In this document: positions 11,004 to 20,798 of the stretch, piece by piece
Numbering within the stretch: position 1 is the first letter of the stretch
Layout of the letters: every line of letters begins with the position of its first letter
DNA from: an uncultured Clostridia bacterium
GTDB taxonomy: Bacteria; Bacillota; Dehalobacteriia; UBA4068; CALXSR01
Direction of reading: 5' to 3'
Length of the DNA stretch: 64,000 nt
NCBI GenBank assembly: GCA_944391215.1
Contig: CALXSR010000015.1
Location: forward strand, 16,776 to 80,775
Made by a program: the position numbers and the translations under genes
The notes under the pieces: generated by a model
Databases searched by the model: none
What the model saw: only the letters and a program-made list of their open reading frames with translations
Told to the model about the DNA's origin: nothing

Positions 11004-12097
11004 TTACTTTCCCCTCCCACAAAGACTCCTTTAGCAATTAAAAAGATGAAACTAATTAAACAAAGCATACTGCCAAAGGTGCCTAAAGTGATGCCAATTA
11101 CAGGATAGCCTTGTATAAGTAAGGTAATCAGCATACCGAAACCAACGATAACAATTAGACCTAAACAAACAAAAGGCAACAATAAAAAGAAAACGCAAAT
11201 TTTGAAAATAACCGAAAGCATTTTCGAAAGGAACCGAGTAAAACTTCCGTCGCTTTCTTTTTTTGCTCTTTCTTTTTTCACTTTTTTAGGGAAAATCCGT
11301 TTTTCCGTTTTTTCCCAGGCAGTCATCATTTCCTGCGTTTCCCCTATTTCTTTTTCTGCGTCAGCCAAATCCTGCTGTAAAGAAGCCACGGCGTCTTCTT
11401 TTTCTTGTGCCGTACCGGTCATCACATGATATGCTTTCGCTTCTTCCTTTGGATTGCGACCGGAAGAAGTAAAATATTCATGTACTTTGATCGGATCTTC
11501 TCTTTTTTCTCGTACCAGCTCCAATTCATAGTCGTCGTCTTCCTCATCCACAAAATCGGTTAAAAACACCTTTTTCAAAAAAGCGTATAAGGTATAAAAA
11601 ATCATAATAACATACACGATATTAAAGCAAAGGGAAATAATGCCCATAATAGTTCCGCGTAAAAAATGCGGTAAAAAAGATAATACGCTGCCTAAGGAGC
11701 CTAAAATCCATTCAAATGGAAAACGAACCAAAAACAAACAAAAACCAACCACACAAAGTTTTAGAAAAACCACAAACAGCTCTTTTGGACTTTTTGTTAT
11801 CAACTCATCAGCAATGGCTGAAATAACGCGTCCCAGCCTTTTCAGCCCTTTCATAATGCTTCTTTCTACATTCAGTTTGCCTTTATTATAGTTCGGATTG
11901 ACATTATAAGCGTCCAAAATTTCATCGGCCAATTCGTCCACATCGCCGAAATCTTTAATCGCTTCTTCTTCACTTAAACCGGATTCTATCTTAATATCAA
12001 TATGCTGACTGTATTCGGCTAAAATATCCAAGCGTTCCTGTTGCTTTAAAACGCTCAGTCTTTTTTCCAAATGACTCAAAAATTCATTTTTCGTCAT
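11000..12097 (-). CDS. DUF1700 (HAAS)-domain membrane protein
   Basis: MTKNEFLSHLEKRLSVL..ERLDILAEY..GLSEEEAIKDFGD; several TM helices; follows PadR. Confidence 0.8.
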   Translation of the reverse strand: MTKNEFLSHLEKRLSVLKQQERLDILAEYSQHIDIKIESGLSEEEAIKDFGDVDELADEILDAYNVNPNYNKGKLNVERSIMKGLKRLGRVISAIADELITKSPKELFVVFLKLCVVGFCLFLVRFPFEWILGSLGSVLSFLPHFLRGTIMGIISLCFNIVYVIMIFYTLYAFLKKVFLTDFVDEEDDDYELELVREKREDPIKVHEYFTSSGRNPKEEAKAYHVMTGTAQEKEDAVASLQQDLADAEKEIGETQEMMTAWEKTEKRIFPKKVKKERAKKESDGSFTRFLSKMLSVIFKICVFFLLLPFVCLGLIVIVGFGMLITLLIQGYPVIGITLGTFGSMLCLISFIFLIAKGVFVGGESK

Positions 12098-12422
12098 CAC
12101 TTTCACACTCCTTAATAAAAGCATCCACCTTATAGTGGAATTCTTGCCATTCCTTTTTTAAATTATCCTTGTATAGCTCTCCTGCTTTTGTTAAATGGTA
12201 GTATTTCCGCGGCGGGCCCTCCGTGGATTCCACCAAATAAGTTTCAAAATAATGTTCATTTGTTAGTCGCTTCAAAAGAGGATAAATCGTTCCCTCATTC
12301 ACATCAATTACTTTGGATACTTCACTCACCAGCTCATAGCCATACATATCCTTTTTTGTCACCGATAAGAGAACGACAAGTTCCAATACTCCTTTTTTGA
12401 ATTGCACATTCAAATTCATCAC
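12084..12422 (-). CDS. PadR-family transcriptional regulator
   Basis: QFKKGVLEL, YGYEL, EGTIYPLLKRL, GPPRKYY. Confidence 0.92.
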   Translation of the reverse strand: MMNLNVQFKKGVLELVVLLSVTKKDMYGYELVSEVSKVIDVNEGTIYPLLKRLTNEHYFETYLVESTEGPPRKYYHLTKAGELYKDNLKKEWQEFHYKVDAFIKECESDDEK

Positions 12423-12443
12423 CTGCCTTATCTAACCATAATC

Positions 12444-12500
12444 ATCATACAATGACTACCTTGTAATGTCAAGTACTAAATTTTAAGTAATACCTTGCAA
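12444..12500 (-). promoter_or_regulatory. sigma-A promoter of padR operon with repeated putative operator
   Basis: TTGACA(12472-12467)-17 bp-TATGAT; TACCTTG(T/C)AA at 12457 and 12491. Confidence 0.6.
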
Positions 12501-12520
12501 AGCATTGCAATGAAAAATAG

Positions 12521-12555
12521 AAAAAAAGAGCTGTAAGAATTCTTACAGCTCTTTT
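12521..12555 (-). terminator. Intrinsic terminator after ndoA
   Basis: AAAAGAGCTGTAAGAA/TTCTTACAGCTCTTTT inverted repeat. Confidence 0.8.
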
Positions 12556-12567
12556 CTTATTCTTGTT

Positions 12568-12921
12568 CTATGTTAGTTCATCTAAATGGAAGCTAACCGA
12601 TAAGGCCCTATCCACCCGGGTCATGGTTTGTTCGGGCAATGTAGCAATTTTTTGTTGTAATCGTCCCTTATCAATCGTTCGAATTTGCTCCGCTAATACC
12701 AAAGAATCTCTTTTTAAACCAGACTCATTGCCACGAATCGCCACATGCGTGGGTAATTTTGCTTTTCCTGTTTGCGATGTAATAGCAGCAACAATGGTAG
12801 TGGGACTATACTGATTTCCAACATCGTTTTGCACAACCAAAACTGGACGCACACCGCCTTGTTCGGAACCTTGCACAGGATTTAAAGAAGCAAAGAAAAT
12901 TTCTCCTCTTTTTACTTGCAT
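12568..12921 (-). CDS. ndoA: MazF/PemK-family endoribonuclease (NdoA); no adjacent antitoxin
   Basis: KRGEIFFASL.PVQGSEQGGVRPVLVVQND.GN.YSPT.IVAAITS, KLPTHV, EQIRTIDK; downstream of alr. Confidence 0.93.
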   Translation of the reverse strand: MQVKRGEIFFASLNPVQGSEQGGVRPVLVVQNDVGNQYSPTTIVAAITSQTGKAKLPTHVAIRGNESGLKRDSLVLAEQIRTIDKGRLQQKIATLPEQTMTRVDRALSVSFHLDELT

Positions 12922-13018
12922 TTTTCATCACTCCGCAACAATTTCTTTATTGCAAAGCTTTACCAAAAAACACTTTTTTTATACAAGCTATGGAAAAATT
13001 TTTATTCCAATTGTTCTT

Positions 13019-14161
13019 TTACCGATAAACATAAACACGCGGCAAGCGCTCACTTAACATACAAATTACTTCATAGTTAATGGTACCCATTTGTTTGGCA
13101 ATTTCTTCCACCGTAATACAGTCATCGCCTTGTTTGCCAATTAAAATAGCTTCTTCCCCAACAGGCACTTGCCCCAACTCCGTAATATCAACCATCATTT
13201 GATCCATGCAAATGTTACCAACCACAGGACAGCGTTTACCACGGATCAATACCTGATACCCAGGAAAAAGTAAACGGCTGAAACCATCCGCATAACCAAC
13301 CGGCAAAGAAGCAATCACGCTGCGCCTTTGGGTAACAAATTTAGAGCCATAACCAATAGGACTCCCCGGAGGCAATTCCTTTACACAGGATACTTGCGCC
13401 CGTAAGGTAAGCGCCGGCTGCAAAGAAAAACGGCTCATATCCACCTCGTCAGAAGGACGGTGTCCGTATAAAACAATCCCCGGCCTTACCATATTATAGT
13501 GGGACTGTGGCAATTCCATCGTAGCAGCGCTGTTAGCAGCATGCACAATAGGTACCGTTAACCCCTTTTGCCTCATTTTAGACAAAAAGTCATCAAAAGA
13601 AGCTAACTGTTCATAAGCAAATGTTTTATCTCTTTCATCGGCTCTTGCCAAATGCGTATAAATACCTTCCACATATAAATTTGGCAATTGAAAAATCCGT
13701 TCAATTTGTTGTAAAGATTCCTCATTCCCTGGCAAAAACCCAATTCGCCCCATACCTGTATCGATTTTCAAATGGATGGTAGCAGTTTTATTTCGCTCTT
13801 TTGCCTTTTGCGAAATGGCTTCCGCAGCTTCTAACGTATAGACAGTTTGAATGATGTTATATTTAATCGCAACATCCGTTTGATCAGCCGCTACATAACC
13901 TAATACCAAAATAGGCGCCATAATACCTGCCATACGCAAACAAACACCTTCTCCTAAAGTAGCTACGCCTAAACGATCTGCCCCATTTTTCAATACGGTA
14001 TGCGATATTTTTTCCGCTCCATGCCCATAAGCATTGGCTTTTACCACTGCCATAAGCTGCGTTTGCGGCGCCAATACTTTTTTTATCTGTGCCACATTAT
14101 TGGCTATTGCCTTTAAATTCACTTCAGCAAAAGCCGGCCTTGGCACCACCCAAATATTCAT
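13019..14161 (-). CDS. alr: Alanine racemase
   Basis: VVKANAYGHG, DTGMGRIG, VGYADG, CMDQ. Confidence 0.96.
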   Translation of the reverse strand: MNIWVVPRPAFAEVNLKAIANNVAQIKKVLAPQTQLMAVVKANAYGHGAEKISHTVLKNGADRLGVATLGEGVCLRMAGIMAPILVLGYVAADQTDVAIKYNIIQTVYTLEAAEAISQKAKERNKTATIHLKIDTGMGRIGFLPGNEESLQQIERIFQLPNLYVEGIYTHLARADERDKTFAYEQLASFDDFLSKMRQKGLTVPIVHAANSAATMELPQSHYNMVRPGIVLYGHRPSDEVDMSRFSLQPALTLRAQVSCVKELPPGSPIGYGSKFVTQRRSVIASLPVGYADGFSRLLFPGYQVLIRGKRCPVVGNICMDQMMVDITELGQVPVGEEAILIGKQGDDCITVEEIAKQMGTINYEVICMLSERLPRVYVYR

Positions 14162-14171
14162 ATCGTCAACC

Positions 14172-15734
14172 TCATTTCTGCTTTTTGTCCATTATCCGCT
14201 TTCTGGCTTCCGGTAAACAATCCGCCAAATCCCTTGCTAACACCCCGGCGCCAGCTAATTTTTGCGCTGCAATATCGCCGGCCATACCATGCAGATAAGC
14301 GCCAATAGCCGCCGCCAAACCGGGCGCCAATCCTTGGGCCAGTAAAGCGGCAATACAGCCAGTTAACACATCCCCAGAACCACCCGCTGCCATTGCCGGA
14401 TTGCCAGTGGGATTCACAAAAATACGTCCTTCCGGCATAGCAATTATGGTTCGATGTCCTTTTAATAGAGTAATAGCCTGCCAATCACGCGCCAAAGTTT
14501 CTGCCGCCCGCAAACGGTCCTTTTGAACAACTTCCGTATCCACCTGTAATAAAGTAGCGGCTTCTCCGGGATGGGGTGTTAAAATAACCGGCTGATTTAT
14601 TTTGGCAATCAAATTGCTTTCTTCTTTTAAAACATATAAGGCGTCCGCATCTAATATGACTGGGCAAGGCAAACGGCTTACCATTTCTTTTATCAAAACA
14701 GCCGTTTCAGTAAAACGTCCCAGTCCCGGGCCAATCGCCACTATTTTACCAGCGGCTGCTTCTATAATTGCCTCTGTTGCGAAAGACGATATTTCTCCAT
14801 TTTCGCCTTCCGGCAAAGGCAAAAGCATGGCTTCCGGCAACTGTTCCATCACACATTTACAAATCGACTCCGGCATTGCTATCGTTACCAATCCAGCTCC
14901 AGCCCTTAAAGCACCGCGAGCTGCCAAAACAGGCGCTCCCGGCATTTTTTTGCTGCCGCCAACAATCAAAACATGACCAAATTTTCCTTTATGGGCATCC
15001 AAAGGACGTGGCAATAAATAACGTCGTACCAAATCCTCATCCGATAGCTGACGCCAGGAGCTTAGGCGGTCAAAGGTCTCTTCCGGTAAACAAATATCAG
15101 CTACTTTTAATTCTCCTACATAAGGCAAAGCATTTTCCAAAACCAAACCCAGCTTTGGACTTACAAAAGTTACTGTTTTTTGCGCTTTTATCGCAACGCT
15201 AGGAACCATTCCAGTATCCGCCAATAAACCGGAAGGTAAGTCAATTGCTAAAACCGGCTTATCGCTGGTATTGATCAATTCTATCGTATTTTTCGCTAAC
15301 TCTGCCATTGGACTATGAAAACCAGTCCCAAAGATACCATCTATCACCAAACATGCATTTAGAAGGGCTATTTTTACCACATGCAAATCACGTTCCCCTA
15401 AAACCAGTTGATAGCGCAAGCCCAATTTTCGTAAAATCTGCCAATTTACTTGCGTATCCCCTTGCAATTCCTCTGGCTTATATAACAAAAATAACCGGAC
15501 ATCAAATCCCTTTTGATGCAAATGCCGTGCTGCTACAAAGGCATCGCCGGCATTGTTTCCGCGCCCCGCAAAAATCAAAATACGGCCGGCAGCTTCCTGT
15601 CCCGCCAATATTTGGCAAGCCTCTTGCGCTACTGCGCGGCCAGCATTTTCCATCAACAATAAACCAGGAATCGCATAATCTTCCATAGCGGTTTTATCCA
15701 ACAAATTCATTTCTGCGGCTTTCAATAAACGCAT
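14172..15734 (-). CDS. nnr: Bifunctional NAD(P)H-hydrate epimerase/dehydratase
   Basis: LMENAG, GNNAGD, HKGKFG, LTPHPGE, GGSGDVLTG. Confidence 0.93.
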   Translation of the reverse strand: MRLLKAAEMNLLDKTAMEDYAIPGLLLMENAGRAVAQEACQILAGQEAAGRILIFAGRGNNAGDAFVAARHLHQKGFDVRLFLLYKPEELQGDTQVNWQILRKLGLRYQLVLGERDLHVVKIALLNACLVIDGIFGTGFHSPMAELAKNTIELINTSDKPVLAIDLPSGLLADTGMVPSVAIKAQKTVTFVSPKLGLVLENALPYVGELKVADICLPEETFDRLSSWRQLSDEDLVRRYLLPRPLDAHKGKFGHVLIVGGSKKMPGAPVLAARGALRAGAGLVTIAMPESICKCVMEQLPEAMLLPLPEGENGEISSFATEAIIEAAAGKIVAIGPGLGRFTETAVLIKEMVSRLPCPVILDADALYVLKEESNLIAKINQPVILTPHPGEAATLLQVDTEVVQKDRLRAAETLARDWQAITLLKGHRTIIAMPEGRIFVNPTGNPAMAAGGSGDVLTGCIAALLAQGLAPGLAAAIGAYLHGMAGDIAAQKLAGAGVLARDLADCLPEARKRIMDKKQK

Positions 15735-15744
15735 GATACCCCTC

Positions 15745-16110
15745 CTATTCCACCGTAGCCATGGCAATTGCCATTTGTTGGCTATGGCTTAAAGAAATCA
15801 TCACTTTGGTAATTTGCGCCTGTTCTATTTGTTTTTGCATGGTGCCATGGAACAGTACACAAGGTCTACCTTGCGTATCGGCTAAAATTTCTATTTCCTG
15901 CCAGCATAAAGAAAATAAGTTAAGTCCCAAGGCCTTACTTATCGCCTCTTTGGCAGCAAATCTGGCTGCTAAAGAAGCATAAAAGGAAGATTTTCTCCGG
16001 CATAAAGAAATTTCATTTTCTGTAAAAAAGCGTAACAAAAAAGATGGATATTTTTGTGCTACCTTTTGCACACGCTCAATTTCTATTAAATCCACCCCAA
16101 TTGCTTGCAT
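15745..16110 (-). CDS. acpS: Holo-ACP synthase
   Basis: IGVDLIEIERV, RFAAKEAISKALG, SLSH. Confidence 0.95.
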   Translation of the reverse strand: MQAIGVDLIEIERVQKVAQKYPSFLLRFFTENEISLCRRKSSFYASLAARFAAKEAISKALGLNLFSLCWQEIEILADTQGRPCVLFHGTMQKQIEQAQITKVMISLSHSQQMAIAMATVE

Positions 16111-16191
16111 AAAAAACCTCCGAAATGTTTAATAATTCTCTCGTTTTAGCATAAATTCCTTTTTTAAAAATAATTTTCATCGTAATTGTTT

Positions 16192-16890
16192 TTAATCCTG
16201 GGCAATCCATTGCGGGCAAAAACGATTTTGATCGCAACTTACCAACAGATAGTCTAACATTTTATTTTGCGGCGAAGCCAATTCTCCTGGCCCATGAAAA
16301 TGCCCATATATACATTTTTTTACCCCATATTGCAACAACAGCTGCACAAAACCACTTTCTTCGCCACGGTCGCCAAAGGGGGGATAATGCAACATACATA
16401 AAATAGGCCGACCGCTTTTTTGTCCTTCCTGCAAAGAAAGTTCCAATCTTTGTAATTCTCGTTTATAAATATGCAAATCTTCCGATAAAAAACTTTTATT
16501 TTCTGGATTAAGCCAGCCGCGTGTTCCGCATATTGCCCACTGTTTGGTACAAATGCAATTGTTTTGCAGTATTTCCGTATTGGGAGGCAAAAAAGAGCGC
16601 ATTTTTTTTAAGCTTTGCCACCAATAATCATGGTTTCCGCGCACCAATATCTTTTTCCCTGGCAACGCATGCAAAAAAGCAAAATCATATTTGGTTTCTT
16701 CTAAATGCATCGCCCATGAAAAATCTCCTGGTAATAAAACAATATCCTCTTTTTGTACACAAGCTCGCCAATTCTGTTCTATTTGCGCATAATGATTGCG
16801 CCAATGACTACCAAATACATCCATCGGCTTACCAATTTTACCTTCCTGCAAAAAAGATAAATGCATATCCCCTAAAGCATAAATAGACAT
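16192..16890 (-). CDS. Calcineurin-like metallophosphoesterase
   Basis: DxH, GDFSW, GNHD, HYPP, GHFH. Confidence 0.88.
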   Translation of the reverse strand: MSIYALGDMHLSFLQEGKIGKPMDVFGSHWRNHYAQIEQNWRACVQKEDIVLLPGDFSWAMHLEETKYDFAFLHALPGKKILVRGNHDYWWQSLKKMRSFLPPNTEILQNNCICTKQWAICGTRGWLNPENKSFLSEDLHIYKRELQRLELSLQEGQKSGRPILCMLHYPPFGDRGEESGFVQLLLQYGVKKCIYGHFHGPGELASPQNKMLDYLLVSCDQNRFCPQWIAQD

Positions 16891-16914
16891 CAATCGCACT
16901 CCTAGTTCTTTTTT

Positions 16915-17178
16915 TTATTGTGCAAACATAGGAATCAATATACGGAAATAAATACCGCAATGAATCAGAAAAGAACCGATATAAATTACATAAAATATAC
17001 TTTTTCTCGTTTTATGATGGAATAAAAACATTCCTAGCAAACCGCCCAACGCTCCACCTACAGCGCCTAATAATAATAATGTTTTCTCCGGAATTCGTCT
17101 TTTATGTTTTATGGCTTTTCTTTTATCTATCCCCATCAACAAAAATAAAATAAGATTCACAACAGCATAATAAATCAA
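16915..17178 (-). CDS. DUF1294 membrane protein
   Basis: MGIDKRKA..RRIPEKTL..GG..G..GMFLFHHKT. Confidence 0.85.
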   Translation of the reverse strand: MIYYAVVNLILFLLMGIDKRKAIKHKRRIPEKTLLLLGAVGGALGGLLGMFLFHHKTRKSIFYVIYIGSFLIHCGIYFRILIPMFAQ

Positions 17179-17208
17179 TACAACTTCTTTCAGTTTTTAT
17201 CCCTCCTG

Positions 17209-17238
17209 GTATAAAATTCCTGTATTCTGTCCATAATA
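17209..17238 (+). promoter_or_regulatory. Putative sigma-G promoter
   Basis: GTATA-18 bp-CATAATA upstream of DUF378 gene. Confidence 0.55.
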
Positions 17239-17261
17239 TTCCACATAAGGAGGTGAGAACC

Positions 17262-17465
17262 TTGATACAATACAGTTTTTTTGACAAACTGGCTTTGGTA
17301 TTCGTCATCATTGGTGCACTTAACTGGGGTTTAATTGGCCTTTTCAATTTCGATTTAGTAGCAGCGCTTTTTGGCGCAGCCAGTATAATCAGCCGTTTGG
17401 TTTACACGTTGGTCGGCATTTTTGGGATTTGGACCATCACGCTATTATTCCGTTCTTCTAAATAA
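17262..17465 (+). CDS. DUF378 small membrane protein (YuzA-like)
   Basis: IIGALNWGLIGLFNFDLVAALFG...SRLVYTLVG; AAGGAGG RBS before TTG. Confidence 0.88.
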   Translation: MIQYSFFDKLALVFVIIGALNWGLIGLFNFDLVAALFGAASIISRLVYTLVGIFGIWTITLLFRSSK

Positions 17466-17492
17466 AATCCTATCAAAAAATCAACAAAACCA

Positions 17493-17524
17493 GAAAAGCG
17501 CCTGCCATAAAGCAGGCGCTTTCT
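17493..17524. terminator. Bidirectional intrinsic terminator
   Basis: GAAAAGCGCCTGC-loop-GCAGGCGCTTTTC between convergent genes. Confidence 0.8.
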
Positions 17525-17544
17525 ATCTTCTTGCTGGAAAGCTT

Positions 17545-18177
17545 TTATCCTTTTTTTACCACATAAGCTTTGGCGCCATTATTAGTTAAACAGGCATTTG
17601 CCTCATCCGTATCCATATGCAAATCCAAAGCGCAAGCATCGCTTACCCGCACAACTACATCCATCAAACACATTTTTTTCAAACCATAAAAATAAACATC
17701 TGCCAAATCCCCATCCTGAAAACCGCGTTCCGCGCCTTCCTGCAAGCTTAAATGCAAATGCGTTTTTGCTATGATTACCCCTTCTTTTAAAAGGATATAG
17801 CCTTTGGGTCCTACTAAAACACAGCCCGGCGTTCCATCTAAATCACCGGATAACCGTAACGGGGCTTTGATGCCAATTTTTCTGGCATCAGTTTGCGCTA
17901 ACTCAATTTGTGTTCTACTGCGCAATGGTCCCAAAATCCGCATTTTTTCAATACTTCCTTTTGGCCCTACCACATTTACCGTTTCCTCAGCAGCAAATTG
18001 CCCAGGCTGGGTTAAATCCTTGATAGGCGTCAATTCATAACCAGGTCCATATAAAACATCCAAGTCCTCTCTGGTTAAGTGCAAATGTCGATTGGAAATC
18101 CCCACCGGTACCAAAAATAAATCATTTTCATTCTTAAAATCTATTTGCTCAATATCAATCATTGCCGGCACTTTCAT
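17545..18177 (-). CDS. pduL: PduL-type phosphate propanoyl/acetyltransferase
   Basis: VGISNRHLHL, QPGQFA, RILGP.R..TQIE, HLH, HMDTDEANA. Confidence 0.9.
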   Translation of the reverse strand: MKVPAMIDIEQIDFKNENDLFLVPVGISNRHLHLTREDLDVLYGPGYELTPIKDLTQPGQFAAEETVNVVGPKGSIEKMRILGPLRSRTQIELAQTDARKIGIKAPLRLSGDLDGTPGCVLVGPKGYILLKEGVIIAKTHLHLSLQEGAERGFQDGDLADVYFYGLKKMCLMDVVVRVSDACALDLHMDTDEANACLTNNGAKAYVVKKG

Positions 18178-18231
18178 TTCCTCCTTTATCCAATAAGACA
18201 CATTTATTTTACCCTATTATAGCAAAATTTC

Positions 18232-19743
18232 TCAAAAAGGAAAGCTTTTTTCCTCGTCATTGCAATATTGCAAAAACAATGGAATTTTTGCGCTTTTTAC
18301 AGTATTTTGCCAATTTTTCGCCAAACGATACCTCCAAGTTTCCTTTTGTTGCGGCCATATAGCTATTAGAAAATGGTATAAATATTCATACTTCACTTTT
18401 AATTGCGCATTTTTTTGCAGACGGTTTTTAGTAAAATCAGCAAAAGATTCATAAAAGGCAAAAGAATCCCCATATTGTTCAATGGCAAAAGCCAAAATAT
18501 CATAAAAACGTTCGCTATTATAATATAAATCCAAAATATCAGCAATCCATTCCAGCTTCTGCAGTTCTGCATTGGAAATAGATGGCGTTTCTATAATTTG
18601 ATAAGGTGGGACGTCGCTATATACCAAGCCTCTTTGCTGCGCTTCCTGCGCCAAAATACTACCCGGCAATACTTTCAAAAAACCCAGCTGCAAGTGATGC
18701 GCGCCCAATGCATAAACATCTCGGAATGAATCTGCAAACTGCGCATAGCTTTCTTCCGGCAAACCAGCAATTAAATCTAAATGCAAATGAACTTGGCTAT
18801 TTTGCAATAAATATTGCATTGCTTGACAAATTTTAGGCCAATCCATATGTCGCCTTACGGCCTTTAGGGCAGCTGGGCAAGTGGATTGTATTCCCGCCTC
18901 AATTTGCAAAAAACCTTTGGGAGCAGTACTTAATAAAGCTAACATCTTTTCATCTAACAAATCTGGGGCCATTTCCATATGAAAACAAATACCGGGACGA
19001 TAATGTTGCAACAAAAAAGTAATGATTTCACAGGCTCTATCAACCGGCCAGTTAAAGGTACGATCAACAAATTTTACCGTACGCGCATTCGAATGTAAAA
19101 TTTGTTTTAAGTCCTCTTTTACAAAATCCATACTACGGAGACGCGGTTTTTGACCGGCAGAAGAACAATAGCTACAAGTAAAAGGACATCCCCGGCTGCT
19201 CTCATAATATAAAATGTGATGGGCAAAGTCTTGCAGATTTTCCTCTTCATAAGGAAAAGGCAAGTCATCCATAAGCAATAATGGCGCCGCTATATTATTC
19301 TTTATGACTCCTTGCTGACGATAATAAAGACCAGGAACTTGTACATAATCCATTCCTTTTGCCCAAGCCTGGTAAAAAAGTGGAAAAACATATTCGCCCT
19401 CTCCGCAAAGCACAAAATCAATCATCGGATATTCGGTCAACAGATTCCGCGCCTGCCCTTCCGCCTCAGGTCCCCCTAAAACAATCGTTAACTGCGGCGC
19501 TTTTTCCTTTAACATAGTAGCTAAAGATATAATATATTGGCTATTCCAAATATAGCAAGAAAAAGCAATTAACTCCGGTTTAACAGCCAAAATCTCTTCT
19601 CGCGTTTCTTCTAATGGCTTATTAATACTCCATTGTTGCGTCATTACCGGTATCTTTTGTTCTTTACATGCTTTTTTTATCGCATATTGCGCCAAACAAC
19701 TATGGCTATAACGGGCATTGACCGCCACCAATAAACAGGTCAA
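18232..19743 (-). CDS. B12-binding-domain radical SAM protein
   Basis: FSCYIWN, LGGPE, SRGCPFTCSYC, KFVDRTFN. Confidence 0.88.
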   Translation of the reverse strand: MTCLLVAVNARYSHSCLAQYAIKKACKEQKIPVMTQQWSINKPLEETREEILAVKPELIAFSCYIWNSQYIISLATMLKEKAPQLTIVLGGPEAEGQARNLLTEYPMIDFVLCGEGEYVFPLFYQAWAKGMDYVQVPGLYYRQQGVIKNNIAAPLLLMDDLPFPYEEENLQDFAHHILYYESSRGCPFTCSYCSSAGQKPRLRSMDFVKEDLKQILHSNARTVKFVDRTFNWPVDRACEIITFLLQHYRPGICFHMEMAPDLLDEKMLALLSTAPKGFLQIEAGIQSTCPAALKAVRRHMDWPKICQAMQYLLQNSQVHLHLDLIAGLPEESYAQFADSFRDVYALGAHHLQLGFLKVLPGSILAQEAQQRGLVYSDVPPYQIIETPSISNAELQKLEWIADILDLYYNSERFYDILAFAIEQYGDSFAFYESFADFTKNRLQKNAQLKVKYEYLYHFLIAIWPQQKETWRYRLAKNWQNTVKSAKIPLFLQYCNDEEKSFPF

Positions 19744-19768
19744 AACAAAAACCTCTTTTCTATTGCAT

Positions 19769-19799
19769 AAAAAAACGGCTGCCCGGCGGCAGTCGTTTT
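19769..19799 (-). terminator. Intrinsic terminator after degV-like gene
   Basis: AAAACGGCTGCC-loop-GGCAGTCGTTTT. Confidence 0.65.
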
Positions 19800-19802
19800 A
19801 TT

Positions 19803-20675
19803 TTAACGGTCTTCTTTGGTTAAAAAGAAAAGTCCTAAGGTGCCGGGCCCAACATGAGAACCAATAATAGGGCCAACATAAGAAATATCTACGCTTTCTA
19901 TATTTAAAGAAGAAGCCATAAACAATTCTTTTAAAAACAGGGCGTCCTCTAAACAATCGGCATGCCGGATAAAAATTCTTTGTTTTATGCTATTATCATA
20001 AGATTTTTGACATAAATCAAACAAAACGCGAATCGCTTTTTTTCGGCTTCTTTCCTTTAAAAAGGGAATCAGCTCCCCTTTTAAATTCATTTTTAAAACT
20101 GGTTTAATATTTAACATGGTCCCCAAAAAAGCTGCAGTGGAACCAATGCGACCGCCGTCCCGTAAAAACATCAAATCGTCAACGGTAAATAAATGTGCAC
20201 TGCGCCATTTATATGTTTCAACCCAATCAACAACTTCTTGCTGCGTTTTGCCCTGTTTTAACAATTCCAACATATAATAAACCAAAAGGCCTTCTCCAGC
20301 GGAAGCGCAACGACTGTCTATAATACATATTTCAGCCTGCGGATATTCCTCTAAAACCATTTCTTTTGCCAAAATGGCGGATTGATACGTACTGCTTAAA
20401 ACAGAAGAAAAAGCAAGATATAAAATGGGCTTCTCCTCTTTTAAAAGTTCTTTAAAAAACCGGGCATAAGCAACGGAATTGATTTGCGAAGTATGGGAGC
20501 GGGAACCATTGCGCAGCTTCTCATACAACTCCTGCATGTCAAACACCTGCATAGTATCGATATGTTCCTCTTCATCTAAAAAATATGGAAACGGAATCCA
20601 AGGAATTTGTTCCTCCTTTAAATAAGAAAGCGACAAATCAGTACAACTATCCGTCACCAAAATTGGCATTGTCAT
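19803..20675 (-). CDS. DegV-family fatty-acid-binding protein
   Basis: TDSCTDL, TSQ, SSVLSSTY, GGRIG, LNIKP, HVGPG. Confidence 0.92.
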   Translation of the reverse strand: MTMPILVTDSCTDLSLSYLKEEQIPWIPFPYFLDEEEHIDTMQVFDMQELYEKLRNGSRSHTSQINSVAYARFFKELLKEEKPILYLAFSSVLSSTYQSAILAKEMVLEEYPQAEICIIDSRCASAGEGLLVYYMLELLKQGKTQQEVVDWVETYKWRSAHLFTVDDLMFLRDGGRIGSTAAFLGTMLNIKPVLKMNLKGELIPFLKERSRKKAIRVLFDLCQKSYDNSIKQRIFIRHADCLEDALFLKELFMASSLNIESVDISYVGPIIGSHVGPGTLGLFFLTKEDR

Positions 20676-20771
20676 ATATTATCTCCTTTATTTTGCAATC
20701 AGCTTACTGACAAAAACATCCCTTAGTTAAATTATAACAAGCAACCCCATCGCTTGTAAACCAAAAAGCAA

Positions 20772-20797
20772 GGAAACCCGGACAAATCCGGGTTTCC
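20772..20797 (-). terminator. Hairpin / probable terminator
   Basis: GGAAACCCGGA-CAAA-TCCGGGTTTCC directly after stop of 20799 ORF. Confidence 0.6.
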
Positions 20798-20798
20798 G

